DNA from: Nannocystis bainbridge
GTDB taxonomy: Bacteria; Myxococcota_A; Polyangia; Nannocystales; Nannocystaceae
DNA: 64,000 nucleotides
Assembly (NCBI RefSeq): GCF_028368995.1
Contig: NZ_JAQNDL010000002.1
Span: 224,001-288,000, forward strand
Reading direction: 5' to 3'
Shown in pieces: positions 28,416-37,170 of the stretch. Made by a program: the position numbers and the translations under genes. Within the stretch, counting starts at the first letter, position 1; each line of letters opens with the position of its first letter. The notes below the pieces were generated by a model. It made no database searches and was not told the origin of the DNA. It worked only from the letters and a program-made list of their open reading frames with translations.

Positions 28416-29048
28416 GTGACTTCGATCCGCAGCGACGAGCAGCTGCTGACGGCCTGGCGCGCGGGCGAGCGGCGGGCCGGGGAGCAGCTGTTCGAGCGCT
28501 ACTACGAGCCGGTGGCGCGCTTCTTCTTCAACAAGACGGAGGCGGGGCCGGAGCTGATCCAGCAGACCTTCCTGGCTTGCGTCGAGGCGGTGCCGCGGTT
28601 CCGCGGCGAGGGCAGCTTCCGCAGCTTCCTGTTCGCCATCGCCTACCGCCAGCTGTGCCGTCACTACCGCGATCGCAAGGGGGACAGGATCGACCTCGAG
28701 GAGGTCTCGGTCGCGGCGATGGACCCGTCGCCGAGCCAGGTCCTGGTCGAGGGCGAGGAGCTCAAGCTGCTGCTCGCCGGGTTGCGACGGATCCCCGTCG
28801 ACTGCCAGGTCGTGCTCGAGCTGCTCTACTGGGAGCAGCTCACCACCGTCGAGATGGCGGCGGCGCTCGAGATCCCCGAGGGCACGGTGAAGTCGCGGCT
28901 GCGACGCGGGCGCGCGCTGCTGCGCGAGGCGATCGAGACGCTGGCCAGGACCCCCGATCTTGCGACGAGCACGCTGATGGGGATCGATACCTGGGCGGGG
29001 GCGCTGCGGGCCCAGGCGGGCCTGCCGGCGGACCCGCGCGAGGAGTGA
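28416..29048 (+). CDS. ECF sigma-70 factor
   Basis: SDEQLLTAWRAG..AGEQLFERYY, FRGEGSFRSFLFAIA (region 2); LELLYWEQLTTVEMAAALEIPEGTVKSRLRRGR (region 4). GTG start at 28416. Confidence 0.93.
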   Translation: MTSIRSDEQLLTAWRAGERRAGEQLFERYYEPVARFFFNKTEAGPELIQQTFLACVEAVPRFRGEGSFRSFLFAIAYRQLCRHYRDRKGDRIDLEEVSVAAMDPSPSQVLVEGEELKLLLAGLRRIPVDCQVVLELLYWEQLTTVEMAAALEIPEGTVKSRLRRGRALLREAIETLARTPDLATSTLMGIDTWAGALRAQAGLPADPREE

Positions 29049-29161
29049 CGGTTGCGGGTTCGGGGGCCGGCGGAGCGGTGCGCGTGCGGGCCCGGTCGCG
29101 CGCAGCCGGGCCGCGATGCGCCATGCGAGCCGACCTCGGCGAGGCGGAACACGTGCGGGCC

Positions 29162-29260
29162 TTCGGGCGCGGGCAGCGATGATTTTCGTGATCCGAAATC
29201 GAAAGTCTGGCACGCGGGCGTTCGGGTGCGGGGCGCGACGATTTTGGTGATCCGGAACCG
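29162..29260 (+). promoter_or_regulatory. Imperfect ~40-bp direct repeat upstream of kinase, putative tandem promoter/operator
   Basis: ttcgggcgcgggcagcgatgattttcgtgatccgaaatcg (29162) and ttcgggtgcggggcgcgacgattttggtgatccggaaccg (29221). Confidence 0.5.
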
Positions 29261-29296
29261 GCGGGTTGGAACCACTGCGGACAGGAGCGCCCCCGC

Positions 29297-32200
29297 ATGT
29301 CCGAAGCCAAGGTCCAGGAGTCCGTCATGAAGCTCGTCGATGTCGACGAGACCCACCCCGATCGACTCGAGGCCGAGGCCTCGCTCGACGGCGACACGCT
29401 GGAGACGCCGGGGCTGCGCCCGGAGGTGCTCGGCGACGCGGCCCAGCGGCGGACCAAGGCGATGATCCGCGCGTCGCTGTTCGCGGGCGCGGGCGAGGCG
29501 CCGACGATCGGGCAGTACCAGGTGCTGAGGCGCCTCGGCGAGGGCGGGATGGGGGTCGTGTACGCGGCCTACGACGACGCGCTGCAGCGCAAGGTGGCGC
29601 TCAAGCTGCTGCGCGGGGCGGCGCTGCGACTGCCGCAAGGTCGGGCGCGCACGCTGCGAGAGGCGCGGGCGCTGGCCCGGCTGTCGCACCCCAACGTGGT
29701 CCACGTGTATCAGGTCGGCGAGGTCGACGACGAGGTGTTCGTGGCGATGGAGTTCCTCACCGGACCGACGCTGCGCGAGTGGTTGGCGGCCGCGCCTCGC
29801 TCGTGGCGCGAGGTCCTGGCGGTGTTCCGCCAGGCCGGCGAGGGGCTGGCGGCGGCGCACCGCCAGGGCGTGGTGCACCGCGACTTCAAGCCGGCCAACG
29901 TGATCCTCGGCGACGACGGGCGCGTGCGGGTGGTCGACTTCGGCCTGGCGCATTTCGGCGGCGAGGGTGAGGCGCTGCCGGCGTTGCCCGCGGCGGGCGA
30001 GCCGACCGACGTGCTGCTGACGCAGACGGGCGCGGTGCTGGGGACGCCGGCGTACATGGCGGCCGAGCAGTTCGCGGGCGGACGCGGCGATCCGAAGACG
30101 GATCAGTTCAGCTTCTGCGCGGCGCTGTTCGAGGCGCTGTACGGGCAGCGGCCGTTCGCCGGCGCCGACGTGCGCGCGCTGGCGCAGGCGGTGGCGGAGG
30201 GTCGACCGCGGCCGCCGAAGTCCGGTCAGGAGGCGCCCGCGTGGCTGCACCGCGTGGTGGTGCGCGGACTGCAGGCCGATCCGGCCGCGCGCTGGCCGTC
30301 GATGGAGGCGCTGCTGGCCGCGCTACAGACGACCGACACGAAGGTGCGAGACCGGCGAACCTTCGCGGCGATCGCCTCGGGGTTCGGTTTGTTGATGGGC
30401 GTCGGTTACATGTCGGCGAGCCCCGAGGCGCAGCCGGAGGCGGTGGCGCAGGATGACGACGTGGCGGCGGCGCGGGCCGAGGTGACGCGGGCGCAGGACG
30501 CGAAGCGGCTGACGGAGGCGCGCGCCGCGTTGACGCGCGACCCGGTGGCGACGATCCGCGCGCTCGCGGAGCTCGGCGGCGACGAGCCTGCGACGTGGCA
30601 CGAGGCGCGTTTTCTGGCCGCGGCCGCGACGGCGCGCGGGCTGCCGGCGCAGGTGCTGCGGGCCGAGCGACCGCTGGCCGAGGCGCTGCCGCTCGCGGGC
30701 GGGGGGGTGATCGGGCGCGACGAGCTCGGCGCGGTGTGGCGCTGGGACATGTCCGCGGGGACAGGTGAGCAGGTGCTCGATCCGGGCGTGGCCAGGTCGC
30801 TGCTGGTGGCCGACCGCGCGCCGGTGTGGGCCGCCGTCGGGGAGGCTTCGGTGCAGGTGTTCGGCGACGGCGTGGCGCAGACGATCGATCTGCGTGGTGA
30901 GCCGGTCAGCCACGACCACTGGAAGCTGACCACCGACGGGCGCACGCTGGTGGCCCACGCGTGGCTGGACGGGCGCGGCATGGCCAGCCCGATCACGGTG
31001 CGGCTGTGGGACCTGTCGCGCCCGGGCGCGCCGCCGCAGGCGTTCCCGCTGCCACCCGGGCAGTGGCCGGCGATCTCCGCCGACGCGACCGTGATCGCCG
31101 TGGCCGACGGCGGAGCGATGCGGGTGATCCGGCCGCGCGACGGCAGTGAGGCGCGGCTGGCGTATGCCGGTCGGCCGTTCGAGATCTCGCGCGACGGGTG
31201 GTTCGCGCTGGCGCACCCGCACGGCGACGACGACGGCAAGCTCGACGTCGTCGACCTGGCGACGGGCACGGCGCGCCGGGTCGAGGCGGACTGGGGCACG
31301 ATGGTCGGCGACGGCGAGGCCGCGTTCATGCGCCCGGAGTACGGGCATCACGTGCTTTGGCGCGAGTCGCTGGCGACCGGGGCGGTCACGTGGCGGATGC
31401 AAGTGCCGTCGAGCCGCCGCGGCTTCGGGGCGCACATCCTCGTCGACCCGACCGGCGAGCGCTTCGCGCTGGCGCTCGGTGACGAGTGGGCGGTGGGCGA
31501 CCTGCGGACGGGCGGGCTGCGCTCGTTCTTGACTGTCCCGAAGGACAGGTTGCCGCGGTGGGGTCACGAAGGTGCGCTCCTGGTGGTGCACCGCCAGGAG
31601 GTGCGGGTGCACCGGCCGGCGGCGGCGGCGGTGACGCTCGAAAAGCGCGGACCCGGCTGCGCGCTGGCGCCGGGGGCTCGCTGGGCCGCGACGACGCCGT
31701 GGGATCGAGCTCGCGGCGAGTTCACCCGGACCGAGCTGGCGACGGGCACGACGGTGAATTTCCGCTGCTCCGATCCGCCGCCGGCGGCCGACGACATGGA
31801 CGCGATGTACGGGTTGTTGGGGTTCGTCGACGACGCGGGCCAGGTCGCGGTGATCGGCGAGGAGGGCTGGAACTGCTGGTGGGACGAGCAGCACGGCGCG
31901 CGCCTCGGGCCGCAGCGGCTGCTGGGCTTCGTCTTCGGGCTGCCGCGCGGGGTGGCGCAGGTGCAGAACGCCGAGATCGCCATCTGGAGCGGGCCGGGCG
32001 AGCGGGCGCAGCACTTCACGGCGGCGGGCAAGGTGTTCGAGCTCGAGGCGAGCCCGTCCGGAGAGCGGGTGGCGGTGCGCAGCGCGCTGGGTGTCGAGCT
32101 GCTGGCCATCGCTAGCGGCGAGGTGACGCCGGTGGTGAAGGAGGCGAGCCCGCTGGAGCCCGCCGCGCTGAACGCCGGGGCGCTGGCGTGGAGCCCCGAC

Positions 32201-32713
32201 AGCGCTCAGCTGGCGGTGCTGAAGCCGGTCGACGGCGCGCTCGAGCTGACGCGCTGGGACGTGACCGGGCCGCCGCGAGCGGTCGCGCGACATGTCCTGA
32301 AGGACAGCCCCGGGCGGCCGCGCAACCGGGTCGCGTTCACGCCGTCGGGCGCGTCGCTGGTGCTGACCGACCGCCACGAGTCGCTGATGCAGGTCGCCGC
32401 CGACGGCGCGACGCGGCGGATCGCCACGCCGGAGCTGGCGAAGTTCGCCATGCGCAGCGAGACCGGGGCGCTCGGGCTCGATTTCCGCGGCGGACCGTCG
32501 ATGATCGACTTCGCGGCGGGCGAGGGGTCGCCGCTGACGCCGAACACGGAGCTCGGCGCCTCGACGAACCCGCCCATCGTCCGCGCCGCCGACGGGACGG
32601 TGTGGGCCTGCGACGCGCTCGGACCGGGCACCCTGCTGCGCTCGGCGCCGTATGCCGGCGAGACGCCGCAGGCGGTGCGCGAGCGGATCGCGGAGCTCGC
32701 GGCGGCGCTGTGA
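29297..32713 (+). CDS. Hanks-type Ser/Thr kinase with TM helix and C-terminal beta-propeller (WD40-like) region
   Basis: LGEGGMGVVY, VALK, HRDFKPANV, DFG, GTPAYMAAE; hydrophobic segment FAAIASGFGLLMGVGYM; AWSPDS and FTPSG propeller motifs. Confidence 0.93.
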   Translation: MSEAKVQESVMKLVDVDETHPDRLEAEASLDGDTLETPGLRPEVLGDAAQRRTKAMIRASLFAGAGEAPTIGQYQVLRRLGEGGMGVVYAAYDDALQRKVALKLLRGAALRLPQGRARTLREARALARLSHPNVVHVYQVGEVDDEVFVAMEFLTGPTLREWLAAAPRSWREVLAVFRQAGEGLAAAHRQGVVHRDFKPANVILGDDGRVRVVDFGLAHFGGEGEALPALPAAGEPTDVLLTQTGAVLGTPAYMAAEQFAGGRGDPKTDQFSFCAALFEALYGQRPFAGADVRALAQAVAEGRPRPPKSGQEAPAWLHRVVVRGLQADPAARWPSMEALLAALQTTDTKVRDRRTFAAIASGFGLLMGVGYMSASPEAQPEAVAQDDDVAAARAEVTRAQDAKRLTEARAALTRDPVATIRALAELGGDEPATWHEARFLAAAATARGLPAQVLRAERPLAEALPLAGGGVIGRDELGAVWRWDMSAGTGEQVLDPGVARSLLVADRAPVWAAVGEASVQVFGDGVAQTIDLRGEPVSHDHWKLTTDGRTLVAHAWLDGRGMASPITVRLWDLSRPGAPPQAFPLPPGQWPAISADATVIAVADGGAMRVIRPRDGSEARLAYAGRPFEISRDGWFALAHPHGDDDGKLDVVDLATGTARRVEADWGTMVGDGEAAFMRPEYGHHVLWRESLATGAVTWRMQVPSSRRGFGAHILVDPTGERFALALGDEWAVGDLRTGGLRSFLTVPKDRLPRWGHEGALLVVHRQEVRVHRPAAAAVTLEKRGPGCALAPGARWAATTPWDRARGEFTRTELATGTTVNFRCSDPPPAADDMDAMYGLLGFVDDAGQVAVIGEEGWNCWWDEQHGARLGPQRLLGFVFGLPRGVAQVQNAEIAIWSGPGERAQHFTAAGKVFELEASPSGERVAVRSALGVELLAIASGEVTPVVKEASPLEPAALNAGALAWSPDSAQLAVLKPVDGALELTRWDVTGPPRAVARHVLKDSPGRPRNRVAFTPSGASLVLTDRHESLMQVAADGATRRIATPELAKFAMRSETGALGLDFRGGPSMIDFAAGEGSPLTPNTELGASTNPPIVRAADGTVWACDALGPGTLLRSAPYAGETPQAVRERIAELAAAL

Positions 32714-32881
32714 GTAGCGACCGCGGCGCGCTCGCACGGGCGGCTCGTCCGCCTCCGAGGGGCCGCGGCTTCGCAGCCGGGCGGGCGGTCGCGGCGGTTT
32801 TGCGGTAGCCTGCGCAGGTGCGAGACAGCCAGCCCGTTCCGGCCGCGGAGGCGTCGTGCGCGGAGGCGCGGAGGCTCGAAG

Positions 32882-32958
32882 GGACATGTCTTGAGGGACA
32901 TGTTATTTCCATGCGCGAATGGACATGTCGATGCGGACATGTCCGAAAGACCATGGAT
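32882..32958. repeat. 14-bp-phased GGACATGTCC-like array
   Basis: Units at 32882/32896 and 32907/32921/32935/32949. Confidence 0.85.
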
Positions 32959-32978
32959 GGTACCGCCGGGAGGGCGGC

Positions 32979-34286
32979 ATGAGCGGACTTGTCGTGTTCC
33001 TCGGGCCGACGCTGACGAGCGGCGAGGCGTCGCTGCACACGACGGCCAACCTCTTGCCGCCGGCGCGGCTCGGCGATGTCTATGACGCGGTGACGCGGCA
33101 GGGCGCGCGGGCGATCGGGCTGGTCGACGGGCTTTTCAACTCGGTGCCGGCGGTGTGGCACAAGGAGCTCCTGTTCGCGCTGTCGCGCGGGGTGCGGGTG
33201 TTCGGTGCCGCGAGCATGGGGGCGCTGCGGGCGGCCGAGCTGCACCCGTTCGGCATGGAGGGCGTCGGCGCGGTGTTCGAGGCGTTCGCGCGCGGCGAGC
33301 TGACCGACGACGACGAGGTCGCCGTGGCCCACGGCGCGGCGGAGTCGGGCTTCCGGCCGCTGTCGGAGGCGCTGGTCAACCTGCGCCACGGGCTCGACAT
33401 GGCCGAAAAGGCAGGCTCGATCTCGGCGGCGACGGCGGGCCGGCTGCTCGCGCACGCCAAGGCCACCTTCTACGCCGACCGCTCGTGGCCGGCGCTGTTT
33501 CGGGCGGCGCCGGGGCTCGGCGTCGACGAGGACGAGCTGGTCGGGCTGCGGGCGCTGATCGGCCGGGTCCGGCCCAACCGCAAGCGCGACGACGCGATCG
33601 CGCTGCTGCGGGCGATGACCGAGGCGGGCGGCGAGGCGATGCCGCCGCACGTGGCGAAATTCGAGTTCGAGGCGACCAGCTTCTGGGAGGCGATGATCGC
33701 CACGACGGCGCGCAGCGAGGCGAGCGCGCCGCGCGACGAGGCGCTGGCGCTGCACGGATTGCTGTCGCCGGGCGGCGAGGAGCGCGGGCGCGGGGCGCTG
33801 CTGCTGGCGCTGGCGCTGCAGGAGGCGGAGCGCCGCGGGATCGAGGTCGACGGCGCGGGGATGAGCGCGGCCGCCGAGCGGATCCGCCGGGCCCTGGGGC
33901 TGCGGGACAAGCTGGCCATGGGGACATGGCTCAAAGAACAGGGGCTCGATCTGGCGGGGTCGCAGGCGCTGCTGCGGGCCGAGGCGATCGTCGACGCGCT
34001 CGGGCGCGAGCAGGCGCTGGCGGTGCGCAGCCTGGTGATCCTCGAGCTGCAGCGACGCGGCGAGCTCGGGCGCGCGCGCGAGCAGCTGGCGGCGACGGGC
34101 GAGGTCGGCTGGTCAGAGTCGGGGCTGCCCCGCGAGGCGCTGCTGCAGTGGTACGAGCGCGAGGTCCGCTGGCTCGGCGCCGACCTGCCGGCGGCGCTGC
34201 GCTCGCTGGGGCTGACGACGCTCGACCAACTGCTGACGGCGGTGGCACGGGTCAAGGCGACATTGGCCGGGTCGCGCGCGCCCTGA
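32979..34286 (+). CDS. tfuA: TfuA-like protein with C-terminal helical extension
   Basis: VVFLGPTL, IGLVDGLFNSVPAVWHKELLFAL, GAASMGALRAAEL, DDDEVAV, PLSEALVNLR, KRDDAIALL. Confidence 0.93.
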   Translation: MSGLVVFLGPTLTSGEASLHTTANLLPPARLGDVYDAVTRQGARAIGLVDGLFNSVPAVWHKELLFALSRGVRVFGAASMGALRAAELHPFGMEGVGAVFEAFARGELTDDDEVAVAHGAAESGFRPLSEALVNLRHGLDMAEKAGSISAATAGRLLAHAKATFYADRSWPALFRAAPGLGVDEDELVGLRALIGRVRPNRKRDDAIALLRAMTEAGGEAMPPHVAKFEFEATSFWEAMIATTARSEASAPRDEALALHGLLSPGGEERGRGALLLALALQEAERRGIEVDGAGMSAAAERIRRALGLRDKLAMGTWLKEQGLDLAGSQALLRAEAIVDALGREQALAVRSLVILELQRRGELGRAREQLAATGEVGWSESGLPREALLQWYEREVRWLGADLPAALRSLGLTTLDQLLTAVARVKATLAGSRAP

Positions 34287-34376
34287 GCGGCGCGGACGGA
34301 GCGCGTGACGGCGGTCGCCGCGAGGCGCGGTCGGACTGCGCGAACTCTCAGTCGCGCCGACGCGGTGCGTGAAGGT

Positions 34377-34640
34377 GCAGCGAGGGCGAGGGCAGGCGCA
34401 GTCGTCCGCGTCTCGGCGGTCGCGCGGGTCTTCGGCCACGCTGAGGCGGCGCAGCGAGGGCGAGGGCAGGCGCAGTCGTCCGCGTCTCGGCGGTCGCGCG
34501 GGTCTTCGGCCACGCTGAGGCGGCGCAGCGAGGGCGAGGGCAGGCGCAGTCGTCCGCGTCTCGGCGGTCGCGCGGGTCTTCGGCCACGCTGAGGCGGCGC
34601 AGCGAGGGCGAGGGCAGGCGCAGTCGTCCGCGTCTCGGCG
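34377..34640. repeat. Perfect 74-bp tandem repeat, ~3.6 copies
   Basis: gcagcgagggcgagggcaggcgcagtcgtccgcgtctcggcggtcgcgcgggtcttcggccacgctgaggcggc starting at 34377, 34451, 34525, 34599 (last partial). Confidence 0.95.
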
Positions 34641-34699
34641 GGCACCGGGCGGCGGATGCAGAGGCGGCGGAGCGGGGGCTCACGGGTTATCGTCGGCGT

Positions 34700-36901
34700 G
34701 TGCGGCAACCGTCTCGTGGTCTTCGCTTCCTCGTCTTCGCGCTGGCGACTTCCTCCGCCGACATCGCCGCCGCGGCCGGACCTCCGCTGCACGAGCCGTT
34801 CCGCGTCATGACCTACAACGTCCGCAAGATCACCGACGAGGATCCCGGCGACTATGCCTGGAGCGAGCGCAGCCCCGGCGTGATGGCGCTGATCGAGGGC
34901 AACGGCCCGGACGTGTTCGGCGTGCAGGAGGCGAGCGATCCGGTGATTCAGGGCGACCTGGTGGCTGCCTTCGATGCCACTCACGATCGCTTTCATCCGC
35001 CCAACGGCAGCCCCAAGATCATCTTCTTTCGCCGCGGTCGCTTCGAGCGGCTGATCGATCCGCCCGAGGACGGGCAGGGCAACATCGGCATCCCGAACCC
35101 GTACGCCGAGGATCACGCGTGTCACCCGAACGCCAGCGGGAGGACGGCCGCGTGGGTCAAGCTGCGCGATCTGGTTTCGGGCCGCGGGTATCTGATCGTC
35201 AACGCCCACGTGGCTCACGGGGCAGGTTGCTGGCTGGCGCGTAATGCCGCCGCCGAGGCGCTCCACGCCCTCGTGGCGGCGCAGGGGCAGGGGCTGACCG
35301 TCGTCCTCATCGGCGACCTCAACTCCGATCCGCAGCGCCAGGGCGCGGGCGACGACGACGACATCGTGCCGCTGCTCGAGGCGCCGCAGGCCGGCTACGC
35401 GCTCGCTCGGTCGGCGCGCTACTCGGGCACGACCTCCGAGGACACCGCGACCTTCAACAGCTCGTGGAAGGCGCCGAGCAGCTCGTACACGCGGCTCGAC
35501 TACGTCTTCACCAGCGTCGAGGACGCGACCGCGTATCACCCGAGCATCGATCGCAGCGAGTACGGTGGCATCTCGCCGTCGGACCATTTCGCGGTGCTGG
35601 CGACGATCCGCACGGCGCCGTTCGCCCCGGCGCCGCGGAGCGACGATCGCGGCGACGGCGAGGGCGCGCGGCTTTATTTCGCGGACGTGAACGGCGACGG
35701 GGCGGCGGACAAGATCGGGTGGGATCCGGCGCAGGGAGGGGTGCGCGTGCACCTCAACGACGGCGCGGCCAACTTCGGCGCGGCGATCGCCGGCGCGAGC
35801 GCGACCGCCGAAACGACCCTGTCGTTCGCCGATGTCGACGGTGACGGCTGCGCCGATCGCATCGACTGGAGCCCGGCGGTCGAGGCCGGGCGCACGCGGA
35901 TCGCCCGCTCGCAGTGCGATGGGACGTTCGCGGCGGCGGCGACTTCCAACGACGGCAGCGCGCAGGCGGGGACGCGGCTGACGTTCGCGCGGCTCGACGC
36001 CGACGCGTGCGCCGACCGGATCGCCTGGGATCCGGGCGGTGACGGGCAGACGCGCGCGGCGCTGTCGCGCTGCGACGGGCAGTTCGCCGACGAGGTTCTC
36101 GGCGACGACGCCGGCATCAGTCAGAACCCCGACGCGCAGCTGGGCTTCGCCGACCTGACGGGCGACTGGCTGGCCGACAAGATCGTGTGGGACCCGGAGG
36201 CGAACGAGGGCCGCACGCGCGTGTTCGCCGGCGACGGCGACGGGACTTTCACGTTCCACAGCGAGCACGCGGCCGGGACCAGCGGCGTGGCGGCGTCGCG
36301 GTTCTTCTACGGCGACGTCGACGGCGACGGCCACGCCGACAAGCTGTTCTGGCGCGCCTCGTTCCGCGAGGGGCGCCCGCAGCTCTACTACGGGCATGCG
36401 GACGGGTTCGATCCGCACCCGACGATGGTCAACGCCGGGCCGAGCGAGTCCTCGGCCAACCGGTTCTTGCTCGCCGATGTCGACGGCAGCGGCTCGGTCG
36501 ATCTGATCGCGTGGGACCCGTCCGTGGACGGGGCGACGCGGGCCTACCTGGCGCTGGTCCACGCGCCTGAGAGCGAGCAGCCCGAGCCGACGACCGGCGG
36601 CGAGGAGGGGACGACCTCGACGTCGGGCGAGGAGAGCGGGACTTCGACGACGAGCTCGGGCGAGGCGCCGACGAGCTCGGGCGAGGAGACGACGGGCGGC
36701 GGCGCGGGCGAGGCGAGCTCGGGGCCGGCGAGCGCGAGCGACGGCGGGACGCCGGCTGATGGGGCCGAAGAGGGTTGCGGGTGCGTCGGCGATCCTCGCG
36801 GCGACGGTCGAGGCGCGCTGGTGATGCTGGTGGCGGCGCTCGGGCTGCGGCGGCGCCGGAGGACGCAGCGTTCCGGCGGCGCCTCGGCGTCGGGCCGATA
36901 A
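34700..36901 (+). CDS. Secreted endonuclease/exonuclease/phosphatase + FG-GAP/VCBS repeats + MYXO-CTERM anchor
   Basis: VMTYNVR, DVFGVQE, GDLNS, RLDYVF, PSDHFAV (EEP); repeated ADVNGDG.AD; GCGC...ALVMLVAALGLRRRRR. Confidence 0.9.
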   Translation: MRQPSRGLRFLVFALATSSADIAAAAGPPLHEPFRVMTYNVRKITDEDPGDYAWSERSPGVMALIEGNGPDVFGVQEASDPVIQGDLVAAFDATHDRFHPPNGSPKIIFFRRGRFERLIDPPEDGQGNIGIPNPYAEDHACHPNASGRTAAWVKLRDLVSGRGYLIVNAHVAHGAGCWLARNAAAEALHALVAAQGQGLTVVLIGDLNSDPQRQGAGDDDDIVPLLEAPQAGYALARSARYSGTTSEDTATFNSSWKAPSSSYTRLDYVFTSVEDATAYHPSIDRSEYGGISPSDHFAVLATIRTAPFAPAPRSDDRGDGEGARLYFADVNGDGAADKIGWDPAQGGVRVHLNDGAANFGAAIAGASATAETTLSFADVDGDGCADRIDWSPAVEAGRTRIARSQCDGTFAAAATSNDGSAQAGTRLTFARLDADACADRIAWDPGGDGQTRAALSRCDGQFADEVLGDDAGISQNPDAQLGFADLTGDWLADKIVWDPEANEGRTRVFAGDGDGTFTFHSEHAAGTSGVAASRFFYGDVDGDGHADKLFWRASFREGRPQLYYGHADGFDPHPTMVNAGPSESSANRFLLADVDGSGSVDLIAWDPSVDGATRAYLALVHAPESEQPEPTTGGEEGTTSTSGEESGTSTTSSGEAPTSSGEETTGGGAGEASSGPASASDGGTPADGAEEGCGCVGDPRGDGRGALVMLVAALGLRRRRRTQRSGGASASGR

Positions 36902-37051
36902 GGCGCAGCTCGCAGGCAGCCCGGCCGCGGCGACAAGTCGCGGCGGAGTTCGGGCCGTCCGGGCGGCACGCCGGGCCGGCAGACGACCCACCGTCGCAGC
37001 GGGACGACGACCGTTGCTGCCGCGAGCGCGTCCGGGTCGCGGCGGTCGCAT

Positions 37052-37159
37052 CGACATGACGTATGGGACATGCCCCCAAGGACATGGCCTCGAGGACATG
37101 CCCTCGAGGACGTGTCCTCGGAGTCATGTCCGGAAGGACATGGCCGAACGGGCACCTAC
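37052..37159. repeat. 14-bp-phased GGACATGTCC-like array, 7-8 consecutive units
   Basis: Units at 37052, 37066, 37080, 37094, 37108, 37122, 37136, 37150. Confidence 0.92.
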
Positions 37160-37170
37160 GAGTGGCCGCT

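Noticed and set aside
28108-28419. 103-aa ORF with repeated MSRG(T/I)CSK as a RiPP precursor for YcaO/TfuA
   Set aside because: The repetition is the translation of the 14-bp DNA motif; codon usage is atypical and there is no leader/core structure.
34377-34640. 74-bp repeat as tandem tRNA genes or CRISPR
   Set aside because: No cloverleaf, T-loop or CCA pattern, and the units are identical with no spacers.
37052-37159. GGACATGTCC matches the eukaryotic p53 half-site RRRCWWGYYY
   Set aside because: Most likely coincidence: no p53-like gene is evident and the context is clearly bacterial.
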